Source of the DNA: Macrostomum lignano
Taxonomy: Eukaryota
Direction: 5' to 3'
DNA length: 64,000 nucleotides
Assembly (NCBI GenBank): GCA_002269645.1
Contig: NIVC01001380.1
Span: 1-64,000, forward strand
Both the position numbers and the translations under genes were made by a program. The notes beneath the pieces are model-generated. The model had not been told where the DNA came from. It did no database searches and saw only the letters and a list, made by a program, of their open reading frames with translations. Below are positions 22,141 to 33,569 of the stretch, piece after piece. Numbering within the stretch: position 1 is the stretch's first letter; each line of letters begins with the position of its first letter.

Positions 22141-23618
22141 ATGAAGTTAAAACGGGCGCAAAGGAGGGAGCCGTCGCCTGAGAATGTGTAAGCTGGTTTT
22201 TATATTAGTTTGTACTACACCTTTTCACGTTCAATTTTGAACAAAGTCCAGTTCTAAAAAAACTAGCGGAAATTCAATTCAGACAATTCAGACTGGGGCA
22301 ACAAAACCCAGTTCAAAACATTCTGCTACGGAAGCGAGGTTTAGCCATAGACAAAATTGTCCCCAGTCTGAATTGTCTGAATTGAATTTCCGCTAGTTTT
22401 TTTAGAACTGGACTTTGTTCAAAATTGAACGTGAAAAGGTGTATTTAAGATAGCTAATCTATGTATATAGTAGGTGGCTTTTAATACATATATTTTGATT
22501 GTAAGTCTCACTAAACTACTACAATCCCAATAAGCATGCATTTATAATCCCAGGAAGCAGTACACTCGAATCCCATATTGCATGTGCTTGAATCCCAAAA
22601 GGAATGCACTTTAATCCTAGATTGAATGCACTTCTTGCCCAGATTGTATGCAGTTTAATATCAGATTGAATGCAATTAATTCCTAGTTTAAATGCACTTT
22701 ATTCCTACTTTGAATGCACTTTAATCCTAGTTTAAATGCACTTTATTCCTAGTTTGAATGCACTTTAATCCTAGTTTAAATGCACTTTATTCCTAGTTTG
22801 AATGCACTTTAATCCTAGTTTAAATACACTTTATTCCTAGTTTAGATGCACATCATTCCTAGTTTAAAATGTACTTTTATTCCTAGTTTGAATGTACTTT
22901 ATTCCTAGTTTTTAAAAAATGTACTTACATCTGAGATTAAATTTAGTTAAATTCCAAATTAAATGCACTTTAATAACAGATTAAATGCACTTTAATAACA
23001 TTCAATGCACTTTAACTACAGATTAAAAATAACTTTAATCTCAGATTGAATGCACATGCCAGATTGAATGCACTTTAATCCCAGATTGAATGCACTTTAA
23101 TCCCAGATTGAATGCACTTTAATCCCAGATTGAATGCACTTTATTCCCAGATTGAATGCACTTTAATCCCAGATTGAATGCACTTTATTCCCAGATTGAA
23201 TGCACTTCAACCCCACACTGCATGCACTTTAAACTTCCTCAGCCGGCCAAGCGAGCTGCCAGTCCGTCAGGCGTTATCCTTGGCCAGCCAGACTGAGGAC
23301 ATGGAAGTGGTCCTTGACCTGACCCGGCACCCCAGCCCGGAGGTGCGGCAGCGAGCGCTCAGGGAGATGTGCCCCTGCCGAGTGAAAACCGACCTATCCG
23401 CATTCTGGCAGCGAGTGCTCGAGATGAAGGACGATCCAGAGGCCCGGGTTCGTCAGCAGGTGGCGCACACTCTGTGCGACGGTGCACCGAATCACATGGA
23501 GCACGAAGTTGTCGAAGTGCTTCGCGAGTTCAACAGGGACGCAGATGCCACCGTGCGTCGGATGGTGCACAAAGCGCTGGTGTCCTACGACAGAACCGGA
23601 CGATGGAACGTGCTATGA
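22141..23618 (+). CDS. Small HEAT-like repeat protein, 2 exons: 22141-22187 and 23243-23618, about 140 aa
   Basis: MKLKRAQRREPSPEN-gt|gtaagc joins cctcag|c in phase 2. The exon 2 sequence shows repeated (H/D)P..EVRQ.A / D..A.VR helical motifs (HPSPEVRQRALREMCPCRV, DPEARVRQQVAHTLCDG, DADATVRRMV). Exon 1 is less certain than exon 2. Confidence 0.8.
22218..22441. mobile_element. MITE with 81-bp perfect TIRs and TA flanks (Tc1/mariner-type)
   Basis: TIR caccttttcacgttcaattttgaac... at 22218-22298 and its exact reverse complement at 22361-22441; TA at 22216-22217 and 22442-22443. Confidence 0.92.
22560..23230. repeat. 22-bp minisatellite (cccagattgaatgcactttaat) in the HEAT-gene intron
   Basis: Tandem units, homogeneous near the acceptor and increasingly diverged leftwards. 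Confidence 0.95.
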
Positions 23619-23939
23619 CGTACATCTTTAGTTGCCAGGGTAGCATCGATGATGATTCTCGCGGTTTGGGATCCTAGGTTGGTTATGCGTCGCCTCAAGT
23701 GTCTATACTGCCCTGGTTCATAGTTTAAATATGCGTATTTTACTATTTTAAGTAGAGTGTCAGGATAGGTACGTTTTGCATGGCAGGAAAAAAATATTTT
23801 TTGACTCATCAGAATGATTTTTTCTATCTATTCTAACTTACATTTCCTTACCGTTTACTGGTTGTTCAGTAGACAGAGATAGACAGACGAGAAAGGGTAC
23901 TCGTAAAATCATACTTATAATGCATTCAAAGCAAGGCAC

Positions 23940-24560
23940 GAAGAGTGAAGGGAGTAAATAACTGAGAAGAGAGAAGGAGGAACGGAGATAGACATGCAGA
24001 TAGGGGAAGAGTGAAGCAGGAAAAGGAGAGCGGGAAAAGGGAGAAAGAGAGGAAAGGTGGGGAGAGAAAAAGAGAGGTGAAAAGAGGAGAGAAAGGACGA
24101 GAAAGGGAGAGGGAGAGGGAGAGAGAGGTAGAGAGGAACGGAGAGGGAGAGAGAGGGAGAGGGGAGGGAGAGGTAGAAAGAGGGAGAGAGAGGGAGAGGG
24201 GAGGGAGAGGTAGAAAGAGGGAGAGAGGGGAGAGGAAGGGAGAGAGAAAGAGAGGGGAGAGAGGAGAGAGGGAGAAAAGGAGAGAGAGAGGAGAGAGGGG
24301 AGGGAGAGGTAGAGAGAGGGAGAGAGGGGAGAGGGAGGGAGAGAGAAAGAGAGGGGAGAGAGGAGAGAGGGAGAAAAGGAGAGAGAGAGGAGAGAGGGGA
24401 GGGAGAGGTAGAGAGAGGGAGAGAGGGAGAGAGGGAGAGAGGGAGGGAGAGAGAAAGAGAGGGGAGAGAGGAGAAGAGGAAGGGCGAGATAGGGAGAGGT
24501 AGAGAGAGGGAGAGAGAGGGAGAGGGGAGGAAGAAGGAGAGAGAGGGAGAGAGGAGAGGA
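23940..24560. repeat. GA-rich polypurine tract
   Basis: Almost exclusively G and A on the plus strand, with internal block duplications. Confidence 0.93.
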
Positions 24561-25316
24561 GCAGACAGGTAAGAAAAGGCAGAGGCCAGGTCGCTAGAAG
24601 CAAAGTATTTATCAGCGACAGGGAGCACCGCACCTCACCTCTCAAACATTACCCAGCCAGCTACAATATTTAGAAGACGAAATGGAGACCTTAAAGAGGC
24701 TATAAAGCTAGAAAATATGCATTAAATGCCTAATACGTCATTCAAATGTATTCAATAAACTTCAAACACATTCAAAGCAAATATTGACCCTTAATTAAGA
24801 CAGGAAATAAAAGTAGAACAGATCGAGGGACGAAATTATGAAAAAACATTTTCTACGAGCTTTGAGTGCAAGCTGAGAAGGGCACACGATGACAGCTTGG
24901 GCAATCTTCTGCTGTGCAGGTGACTTATCGATTTTACTTACTTGCTTTGCAGACCTTTTGACTCAAATTCTGTTGCGCTCAAAGTCATTCTTAACTTTGA
25001 GTCTCGCTTATCTATCTAATTTAGCTAATTTCTATAAAGCTTTATCTGCTTTCAGTCTTTGATGGTCTCGATTCCATTTACTGCTGAGTTTGATAAGGCA
25101 CACAAAGGCAAAAGTCATGTGCGTTGATTTCAGCTCTGTGTATACTAGTTTGCTAATCTATCTGCTGACGCAGCTGTAAATAATTTAATTCTCTAAATTT
25201 TGTTTAAATCTGAACAATTTACCAGATTTTGGTTCAGGAGTAACTCTCTCACCAATTACAGTTTAACTTGCTGTGTGTACTTTTCTTTTTCAAGTTTTTC
25301 AATCATACTTTCGATA

Positions 25317-28300
25317 ATGTTGAAGCAATTGGCAATTGCCTGTTTTTCTTTGATGGTCTGCTTGGCAGTTTGCGTTGATGCCACTAACTGGAGGCCCTGT
25401 GGCGGCACAGGTAAGAGACTTTATGACCTATGAGCTACTATAGTCTATGAACCATAAGCCGCTGTAGTCGATGACCTATGATTTGCTATAGCCTATGACC
25501 TATGATCTGCTGTAGTTTATGACCTATGATCTGCTGTAGTTTATGACCTATGATCTGCTGTAGTTTATTACCTATGATCTGCTGTAGTTTTTGACCTATG
25601 ATCTGCTGTAGGTTATGACCTATGATATGCTGTAGTCTATGACCTATGATATGCTGTAGTCTATGACCTATGTTATGCTGTAGTCTATGACCTATGATCT
25701 GCTGTAGTTTATGACCTATGATCTGCTGTAGTTTATTACCTATGATCTGCTGTAGTTTTTGACCTATGATCTGCTGTAGGTTAAGACCTATGATATGCTG
25801 TAGTCTATGACCTATGATATGCTGTAGTCTATGACCTATGTTATGCTGTAGTCTATGACCTATGATATGCTGTAGTCTATGACCTATGTTATGCTTTAGT
25901 CTATGACCTATGATAGACTATAATTGAGTATAGTCTATAGTCTATACTTGAGTACAGTCTATACTATACTTGGGCTGTAGTCAGCTATGACCTATGATCT
26001 GCTGTAGTCTATGACCTAGGAGCTCTGGTTTTAATCTTTGACCTATAAGCTAATGATAGCTTTAACAGTCGTACAGCTAGTATACATGTACATAGTGCAT
26101 TTCAATACAATGATCTTAAATATATCCTATATACTAAAAATGAAAATAAAATTTAACCCTCCACACAAAAATTGGCAGGCAGGAACACGGTCAAGTTCAC
26201 CGTCGAAGGCTGCGAAGGACGTCGCCTGTGCCCAGTCAGGCGTGGCCAGTCCTATTGGGTGGAGATGCAGTTCAGGGGCTGTAAGTTACCGCATGTTTGT
26301 TTCTGAAGATTATAATGCTTCACACTCTGTCTACTTTAAGTACAACCTTCCGAATTTTCAAGTCAGCAACAGCTACTAAAGAACCTGAGGCTATTGTACT
26401 TTAGTTACCCAATGGCTATCATTTAACCTCAGGCTATTATATATTAGTTGCGCAATAGATGCCATAGAACCTATGGGTATTGTAAAATAGTTACGCAATA
26501 AGCAACCATTGAACCTAAGGCTATTATATAATAGTTACGCAATAAGCAACCATTGAACCTAAGGCTATTATATAATAGTTACGCAATAGCTACCATATAA
26601 CCTAATGCTATTATTGATGTGTCCCTTATTACCAAGACTTTTCTCAGTAATCAAGGACTACTGCTAGACAACCCAGTAATCAAATGAGGGTATTTTTACC
26701 TTGATTTTCTGATCAGTTGTTCTCTTTCTAAGCGTTGTTCTCTTGCTTAGTCTTTTTCCTTGTCTTGCGAAAGATTTGATGTCTTGGATCTGTTGTTCAG
26801 GTCCTGGTTCCTCTTGTACTTCCAAAGAAGTCGCTACCGGCCGGTATCAGTCGTTCGGACCAATAAGAAGCTTCGAATCAACAATGGGATCCCTGCGCCG
26901 CGCTGCGGTTTCAATAAGCATTCTCCTTCTAGCGGTGTCTTAATACACTCTAGGTATAGCTCCGGTAGTCGCTGATAGTCTTCTGATGGCTATCAGGGTA
27001 GTCCTTCTGGAGACTACAACCAATGGAGTCTCAATTAGACTCAATCGCAACAACAATATCGAGTTGACTCAAACACCTGGCGCAAATGAGTAAGGCTTAT
27101 CGCAATAACTCAGCCGAGTCTTCAATTGACTTGGTCTGAAGGAAGTTCCTGGCCAACTTCCTCTTCGGAGCTCTTCTTCCCTCTGGAAGGTTCTCTTCTC
27201 CATCAGAAGTTGTTAGCTCCGGTCCATTCGGACCACTTATATTTATAGGCGATTTTGCAGGCTATAAATAGCAACATGACTCATGTGTTGCACTATAAAA
27301 GTAACATGACTCATCTTTGTGCTATAAATAGTAACATGATTTATCTTGGGTTAGAAATAGTATCATGATTTATTCCTTGTTGTAAATAGTATCATGATTC
27401 ATTCCTTTGCTATAAATAGTAACATTATTCATTCCTCTGCTATAAATAGTAACATGATTCATAGTTAAAGTTTCGTTGCGCATGTGTGCACTAGTCTACT
27501 TACAGTAGCATTCTATGAGTAAACTTTTACGTTAACAATTTTATGCTTTTTTGCGGGAGGTGGAACACTACATTATATTATAGTTACGCAATAGCTACCA
27601 TAGAACCTAAGGCTATTATATAATAGTTACACAATCAGTTACCTTATAACCTCAGACTATTATATAGTAGTTACGCAATAGCTGCCATAGAACCTGAGGC
27701 TGTTATAAAATAGTTGCGCAATAGCTGCCATAGAACCTGAGGTTGTTATAAAATAGTTGCGCAATAGCTACCTTAGAACCTGAGGCTGTTATAAAATAGT
27801 TGCGAAATAGCTACCATAGAACCTTCTCTGGTCAACCTTCATTTGTCCCTCAGCATCCGACGCCGACACTTTGGTCGCCTCAGTTCTGGGTAAATCGCGC
27901 GGCATGTCCAGTGCGATGCCCCTGTCGACCAACAATTTCGATAGTAACGCCTGCGACTACCTGAATGGAGGCTGCCCGGTGCGCAGGAACACGGTGCACA
28001 CCTACCGGTACCCGCTCTTCATCGAGCCGTTCTTCCCGCCGGTAAATGATCTTCTACCGACGTGTCTTTGCTTTGCTTCATTTTCCTACTAGCAGAGTTT
28101 TTAAGCAACTGAGTCTCGCAGGAGCAATACCTAATTATTGCTGTAGGGCAGGGGTTGGTAAACTCCAACCTCATCCGGCCCGCCCTCAATTTCCTAATAG
28201 CAAACCGGCGAGCACAAGGCTTTTGTCTCTTCTCAGCTCTCTTTTCGCTTCCTTCTCTCCTCTCCCTTCTCTCCTCTCCCTTCCGTCCTCTCCCTTCTCT

Positions 28301-29311
28301 CCTTTCCCTTCTCTCCTCTCCCTTCTCTCCTCTCCCTTCTCTCCTCTCCCTTCTCTCCTCTCCCTTCTCTCCACTCCCTTCTCTCCTCTCCCTTCTCTCC
28401 TCTCTCTCCTCTCCTTTCCCTTCTCTTCTCTCCCTTCTCTCCTCTCCCGTTTCTCCACTCCTTTTTATCCTCTCCCTTCTCTCCTCTCCCTTCTCTTCTC
28501 TCCCTTCTCTCCTCTCCCTTCTCTTCTCTCCCTTCTCTCCTCTCCCTTCTCTCCTCTCCCTTTTTCCTCTCCCTTCTCTCCTCTCCCTTCTCTCCTCTCC
28601 CTTCCGTCCTCTCCCTTCCGTCCTCTCCCTTCTCTCCTCTCCCTTCTCTCCTCTCTCTCCTCTCCTTTCCCTTCTCTCCTCTCCCTTCCGTCCTTTCCCT
28701 TCTCTCCTCTCCCTTCCGTCCTTTCCCTTCTCTCCTCTCCCTTTTTCCTCTCTCTTCTCTCCTTTCCCTTCTCTCCTCTCCCTTCTCTCCTCTCTCTTCT
28801 CTCCTTTCCCTTCTCTCCTCTCCCTTCCGTCCTTTCCCTTATCTCCTCTCCCTTCTCTCCTCTCCCTTCTCTCCTCTCCCTTCTCTACTCTCCCTTCCGT
28901 CCTCTCCCTTGTCTTCTCTCCCTTCTCTCTTCTCCCTTCTCTTCTCTCCCTTCTCTCTTCTCCCTTCTCTTCTCTCCCTTCTCTCCTCTCCCTTCTCTCC
29001 TCTCCCTTTTTCCTCTCCCTTCTCTCCTCTCCCTTCTCTCCTGTCCCTCCTCTCTTCTCCCTTCTCTCCATTCCCTTCTCTCTTCTCCCTTCTCTCCACT
29101 CCTATCTGTCCTCTCCCTTCTCTCCTCTCCCGTTTCTCCTCTCCCTTCTGTTTTGGTAATTAAAATGTCTCGAACCTCTTCTGACTCCTCTTCTGACCTC
29201 TTCTGACTTCTGAATACCCGACTCCAGAGCACCTACCTGATCAACTACGGTCTGAAGGACGCCACCGGTCGGTCCCAGGGCTGCGCTCGGCTCATCATTC
29301 GCGTGATGTAG
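25317..29311 (+). CDS. NPC2: NPC2-like ML-domain lipid-binding protein, 4 exons: 25317-25410, 26179-26280, 27854-28041, 29228-29311, 155 aa
   Basis: All introns are GT-AG with consistent phases (1, 1, 0). Signal peptide, then six cysteines in ML spacing: WRPCG, VEGCE, LCPVRRG, NACDYL, GCPVRR, QGCARL. Confidence 0.9.
25420..26030. repeat. 24-bp minisatellite (tatgatctgctgtagtttatgacc) in NPC2 intron 1
   Basis: Tandem units starting just after the donor site; a 7-unit block is duplicated (25525-25692 and 25693-25860). Confidence 0.96.
26400..27825. repeat. 43-44-bp minisatellite in NPC2 intron 2, split into two halves (about 26400-26615 and 27575-27825) by an insertion
   Basis: Unit aatagttacgcaatagctaccatagaacctaaggctattatat occurs on both sides of a 950-bp unrelated block. 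Confidence 0.9.
26618..27567 (-). mobile_element. Insertion splitting the 43-bp array; possibly a solo LTR
   Basis: Minus strand begins TGTTCC and ends GGACACA, with internal 31-bp tandem repeats (about 27280-27460) upstream of a TATA-like tataaata. No target-site duplication was found. Confidence 0.3.
28230..29150. repeat. About 900-bp polypyrimidine tandem repeat (ctcccttctctcct-type) in NPC2 intron 3
   Basis: Near-pure C/T on the sense strand. Confidence 0.96.
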
Positions 29312-29860
29312 AAAACCAAAGCTTGCCAAGAAAACTTTATGAAGTTTCAACTTATACATATAGCCTCATCTTGAACAGAATATAAGCCATTAATACGAGG
29401 CTTAAAACTTTAAGTCCATGTAGCGATCATCTATTATCAGTTGTCATCTTTTTTCTGTAGTTAAACAAAAATGAGCAAGTCTCAATGTCGTTGTAGTTGT
29501 TTCATCATATCGTTAAATGCCAACTTTTTGATAATAAAAGCACAAGATATATACACTGAGCAACACGATACTTCGTTGTGGCATCGTTTGTATTATATTA
29601 TTATTTACACCATGTACGAGCCCACAAGTCACATGCTATGAAAGTACTAGTTCCTTCGGATTCGAGATTTACGAGGGCTTTCCCAAAAGTAGTTCTACTT
29701 TTTATTATCTTTCGCTCTGATAATCCAAATAACATATCATTTTGCACTGCTTTATAGCGGCAACTCTCTTCTTTATATTAAATTTAACATCATTTAAAAC
29801 AGACAATGGAAGCAAAAGTTATGAACGCGAATATAGCAGGAGCTCGACCATAGACTTGCA

Positions 29861-30045
29861 GTCGCTCATAGACTAATCTCATGCTTGTCGCTCATAGACT
29901 AATCTCATACTTGTCGCTCATAGACTAATCTCATGCTTGTCGCTCATAGACTAATCTCATGCTTGTCGCTCATAGACTAATCTCATGCTTGTCGCTCATA
30001 GACTAATCTCATGCTTGTCGCTCATGACTAATCTCATGCTTGTCG
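29861..30045. repeat. 26-bp minisatellite (gtcgctcatagactaatctcatgctt) x7
   Basis: Seven near-identical tandem units. Confidence 0.97.
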
Positions 30046-30264
30046 ACTGTTGTTGATGGTTGTCGAGCCAACTGTATGAGCACCTGGACAGCGGTCAGGA
30101 CACCAGGAAGCTGCTGCTGGTGTAGAGACACTCGACTTTCTACGCGACTGGGCCGCCCAAAAATCACTGCTGAAACTCTTACCTAGGGAGACATCCGCTC
30201 GGACTGACGAACCGGCTACCAGGCCTTCGCAGTCTGCATGCAGCGCCTCCACGTTACATCCTCC

Positions 30265-30440
30265 AGCTGAGGACACACCTGAGAATCTTGCGGAGGACAC
30301 ACCTGAGAATCTTGCGGAGGACACAACTGAGAAACCAGCTGAGGACACAACAAGGAAACCAGCTGAGGACACAACTAGGAAACCAGCTGAGGACACAACT
30401 AGGAAACCAGCTGAGGACACAACTAAGAAACCAGCTGAGA
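30265..30440 (+). repeat. 24-bp tandem repeat within a stop-free frame (PAEDTTRK-like); coding status unknown
   Basis: Units ccagctgaggacacaactaggaaa and acctgagaatcttgcggaggacac; the plus frame is open from about 30078 to 30597 without an ATG. Confidence 0.6.
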
Positions 30441-30904
30441 ACTCAAAGGAAGACCAATGGAAGCCAGAAAAAGCAGAGTCCAGCAGAGACACTCAAAAGG
30501 CTTCCAACGATTCTGCTGACAACTTAAGGACCCCCAGAAATAGACAGGAAGAGCATGAAAAATTTGTCCCTTGGATTGAGCAACGAACAAATCATTAGGA
30601 CGTAAAGTGAATAACTTGTCAAAAAATCAGTTTAAAGTTCACTATTTTAAGTACTTAATCTTGTCTTCCTAGATTTCCTTGATCTATTATAGCCTTTCCG
30701 CACGCATTTCTGTCGCACCTTAACGTGCGTATGTAGATCGTGTACTTTCGTCACACTTTCTAGACATTCAATTAATTATGCTTATTGAACTTATCATAGC
30801 ACCCATAGGATCGATATCTCTACTACTGTATAAGTTTTAGTAAGCTTTTATTCGAAATAACTTTTGGACAAAGCTATCAACTGCTTTTTTACAAAGCGCA
30901 TTTT

Positions 30905-31450
30905 AAAAGACTTGCAGCCCACAAAAGTTGCGAGCCTGCCCGGTGGCTTGCGGAAGCTGGAGTTGGCCGACACCATGTTCTGCCTATCTAGGAAGTCTCT
31001 AGGAAGTCCCCAGCGCTCCGGTGTTGCTGTTCCCACGCAGTGTGACGAACAGTGACCGCTCGGACCTACGAAAAACTGCGTTTAGGTCTCCGAGGACGAT
31101 CCCTGTGTCACGCTGCGCCGCTGCCTCCATCTGTACCGATAGCTGCTCGAAGAAGTCTTGAGCCTCGTCAGGACGGGTGGCAGGTGGCGCATACGTGCAG
31201 AATAGGCGAGCGTTCCGGCCTCGAAGCCAGCTTCAACTCAAACAACTCCAACTCCTCCACGGCCTTGTTGGTCCGCCGATGTGTTGTGGAGGGTCCATCC
31301 GGCGCCCAGATCCTCACAATGAAGTCCCGGATCAGCCTTGATAGACACCTCGTGCAGTGCGATGATATCACCGCTTAGGTCGATCGCTAGCTTTGCCAGA
31401 GCCCCTCTCCGCCGGGCGGCTTTGAGCGTGCGGCAGAATTCAGCGTCCAG
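30905..31450 (-). pseudogene. AP-endonuclease domain relic of a non-LTR retrotransposon (RTE-like)
   Basis: RTLKAARRRGALAKLAIDLSGDIIALHEV...GRGGVGV, FCTYAPP, IVLGDLNA, DFLDRQNMVSANSSFRKP, with frameshifts. Confidence 0.85.
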
Positions 31451-31974
31451 TTCGGCGGCAGTTCAGGAAATTCGCATAGAAAATACTAGCGTACAAAGCG
31501 CAATGAAGAAGCAGTTTTGAGGCTCACTAGCTACTCAGTGCGGGTTCCGTGCTAAGGATGTGGACTCTGTTGGCTTTATAAAAAGTATTAGAGATGTAGC
31601 TGATCGATTTTAGTCTTTTTCTGAGACAACAAGTGAGTGAGTGAGAGAGGATAAAAGCAGAGGATGACTCAATCGCTATAGTAGTTTCAGCTATATACAA
31701 AGAGTCACATTCAAAACTGGCTGCAAGTTGTAATTCTTTCTCAATATTCTCAAAGTGATTGTATTTTGGACATTCCCTCGTTTGTCAGGAAAGAAGAGAA
31801 TGAAGAGGAGAGAAAAGAGAGGAGAGAAGGGAGAGAAGAAGAGAGAAAGAGAAAGAGAAAGAGAAAGAGAAGAGATTATTCGAGAGAAGACAGTTAAGAA
31901 GAGACAAACTTTGAGCAGGCCGGATTGCTATGGTGAAGTTTCAAAGGACCCGAGGGCAGGATAGAGAGGTATCA

Positions 31975-32016
31975 CGGGCTGCATATGGCCTGCGGGCCGG
32001 AGTTTGCGGATCCCTG
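31975..32016. mobile_element. Possible hAT-type terminal sequence (one end only)
   Basis: Reverse complement cagggatccgcaaactccggcccgcagg resembles CAGGG...AAACT..GGCCCGC termini of hAT non-autonomous elements. The partner end was not found. Confidence 0.35.
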
Positions 32017-33569
32017 AATTATACAAACGTCTAGAACTTTGGTATGCATCAGCTACATGTTTATGTAATTTTCTTTAATTAATCATCTGATGTGTCTAGA
32101 ATCTCTATGCTTCTCTCTCAATGTTGGACTTTCTGGCTCAAATAGCTCCTCGAACTCTCGCTAGCAAAATTCGGACTAAGGCTATCTGCGCTGATACTTA
32201 GCTCGTACTTTAATATAAAAGACTAGGGCAGAAAGGAGTGAAATCGAGTATGTCAGCCTTTCCCTAAGTCATTAGGTTCGATCTTAGATAGGATCGAAGT
32301 TATAAGTCAGTCATAAAGGTTTTTAAACACACCTGTGACTGAATCATGGGTTCGAGCTAAAGTTGGAACTTAAGAGTCAGTCTTAGGACACATTTTATAA
32401 AATAACCCCCAGCCGCTGTAACATCAGATAATGTAGATGTGACGTCGCTATCTGTCGATGCAATGTTAAAATACCTATTTTATACCTATTTGCCAGTGAC
32501 GTTGTATAGAGACTCATAATAAACCATAGCGTAATGTGCTACTTAAAGTAATAAGTAGAGAAAATCTATTTTAATCTGCAACCTAGAGTCTTGGGCAAAC
32601 AGAGTGATTCAGAATCCTACGTGGGACCAACGGCTGTTTGATCAAGGAACCGTTCTCTAACCAACAACCGGTTTCCAACGGAGACCAATCTCTGAGGGAC
32701 CACACTTGTCCAATTGGTAAGCGTTAACCGGATTAAGTTCTTTGATTGTTAGAGTTAATAAGTTGATTAATTGAGTATATGAGAGCCGTTTATTGTCGAT
32801 ACATTTGAGAAAGGCCTCCTTGTTTCCTAGGATATATTCCTAGAGGATTTATTGATTTGATTTGAGTTATCCGTTACGCTTCGGACGTAGCGAAGAAGAC
32901 GCCCTTCAGGAGGACCTGTTACAGAAACCTAGAGAACTCAAATGTTCATTAGAGCGCACGTGCTATTGTTAATTCCGAGCTCGAGGACCTTCAAGAAATT
33001 CTGCCTCGCTCTCGCTTTTGGTTGACCCAGATAAAGTCAACGACTCACAGAGACAACACCTCACCGCCGCCGAACCAAGAAGTCAAGAAGCTACTAAAAG
33101 AGCCACTCCAGTAAGAGTTATTTGATTTTGCACATGCCTAGTTACCCAGTGTCTAGAAGTCGGAGTTTTTTATTAGTGACTGATCACCACTCTTAAACTC
33201 TTCAACATTCATTAACATTTAAGTTCGGATTCGTCGGGGCGTTATTCTCACTAAAGTCATTGGATCATTTGGATTAAAAAATTGAGACACCAATCAACAT
33301 GGACCACTAAAGTAACGGTCCTATCGAAACGTGACTTCTAGTGCTCCTTGGTTATCAGTTTATAGGTACGAGTAGTAACCAGACTAAATCTCTAATATAT
33401 TTTTTAAGTTTAACCAGAAACGATTTTGATGTGTTTTGTCGGCTTCACAGAGGAATTCATCTATCGAATCGAATCGTAGCGAATCAAACACGTTTTTTAC
33501 CTTATTTATCCACCACCAACATTGTTGTTTAATAGCTGAGATAAGGTAGCCACTCAATTTGATACGCTC

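Noticed and set aside
28019-29232. ERREGR-rich and SLLSP-rich ORFs (also 23915-24645 and 9239-9649)
   Set aside because: Low-complexity CT/GA tracts that lack stop codons by composition.
32430-33300. Possible solo LTR
   Set aside because: No convincing TG...CA boundaries, TSD, PBS or PPT could be fixed.
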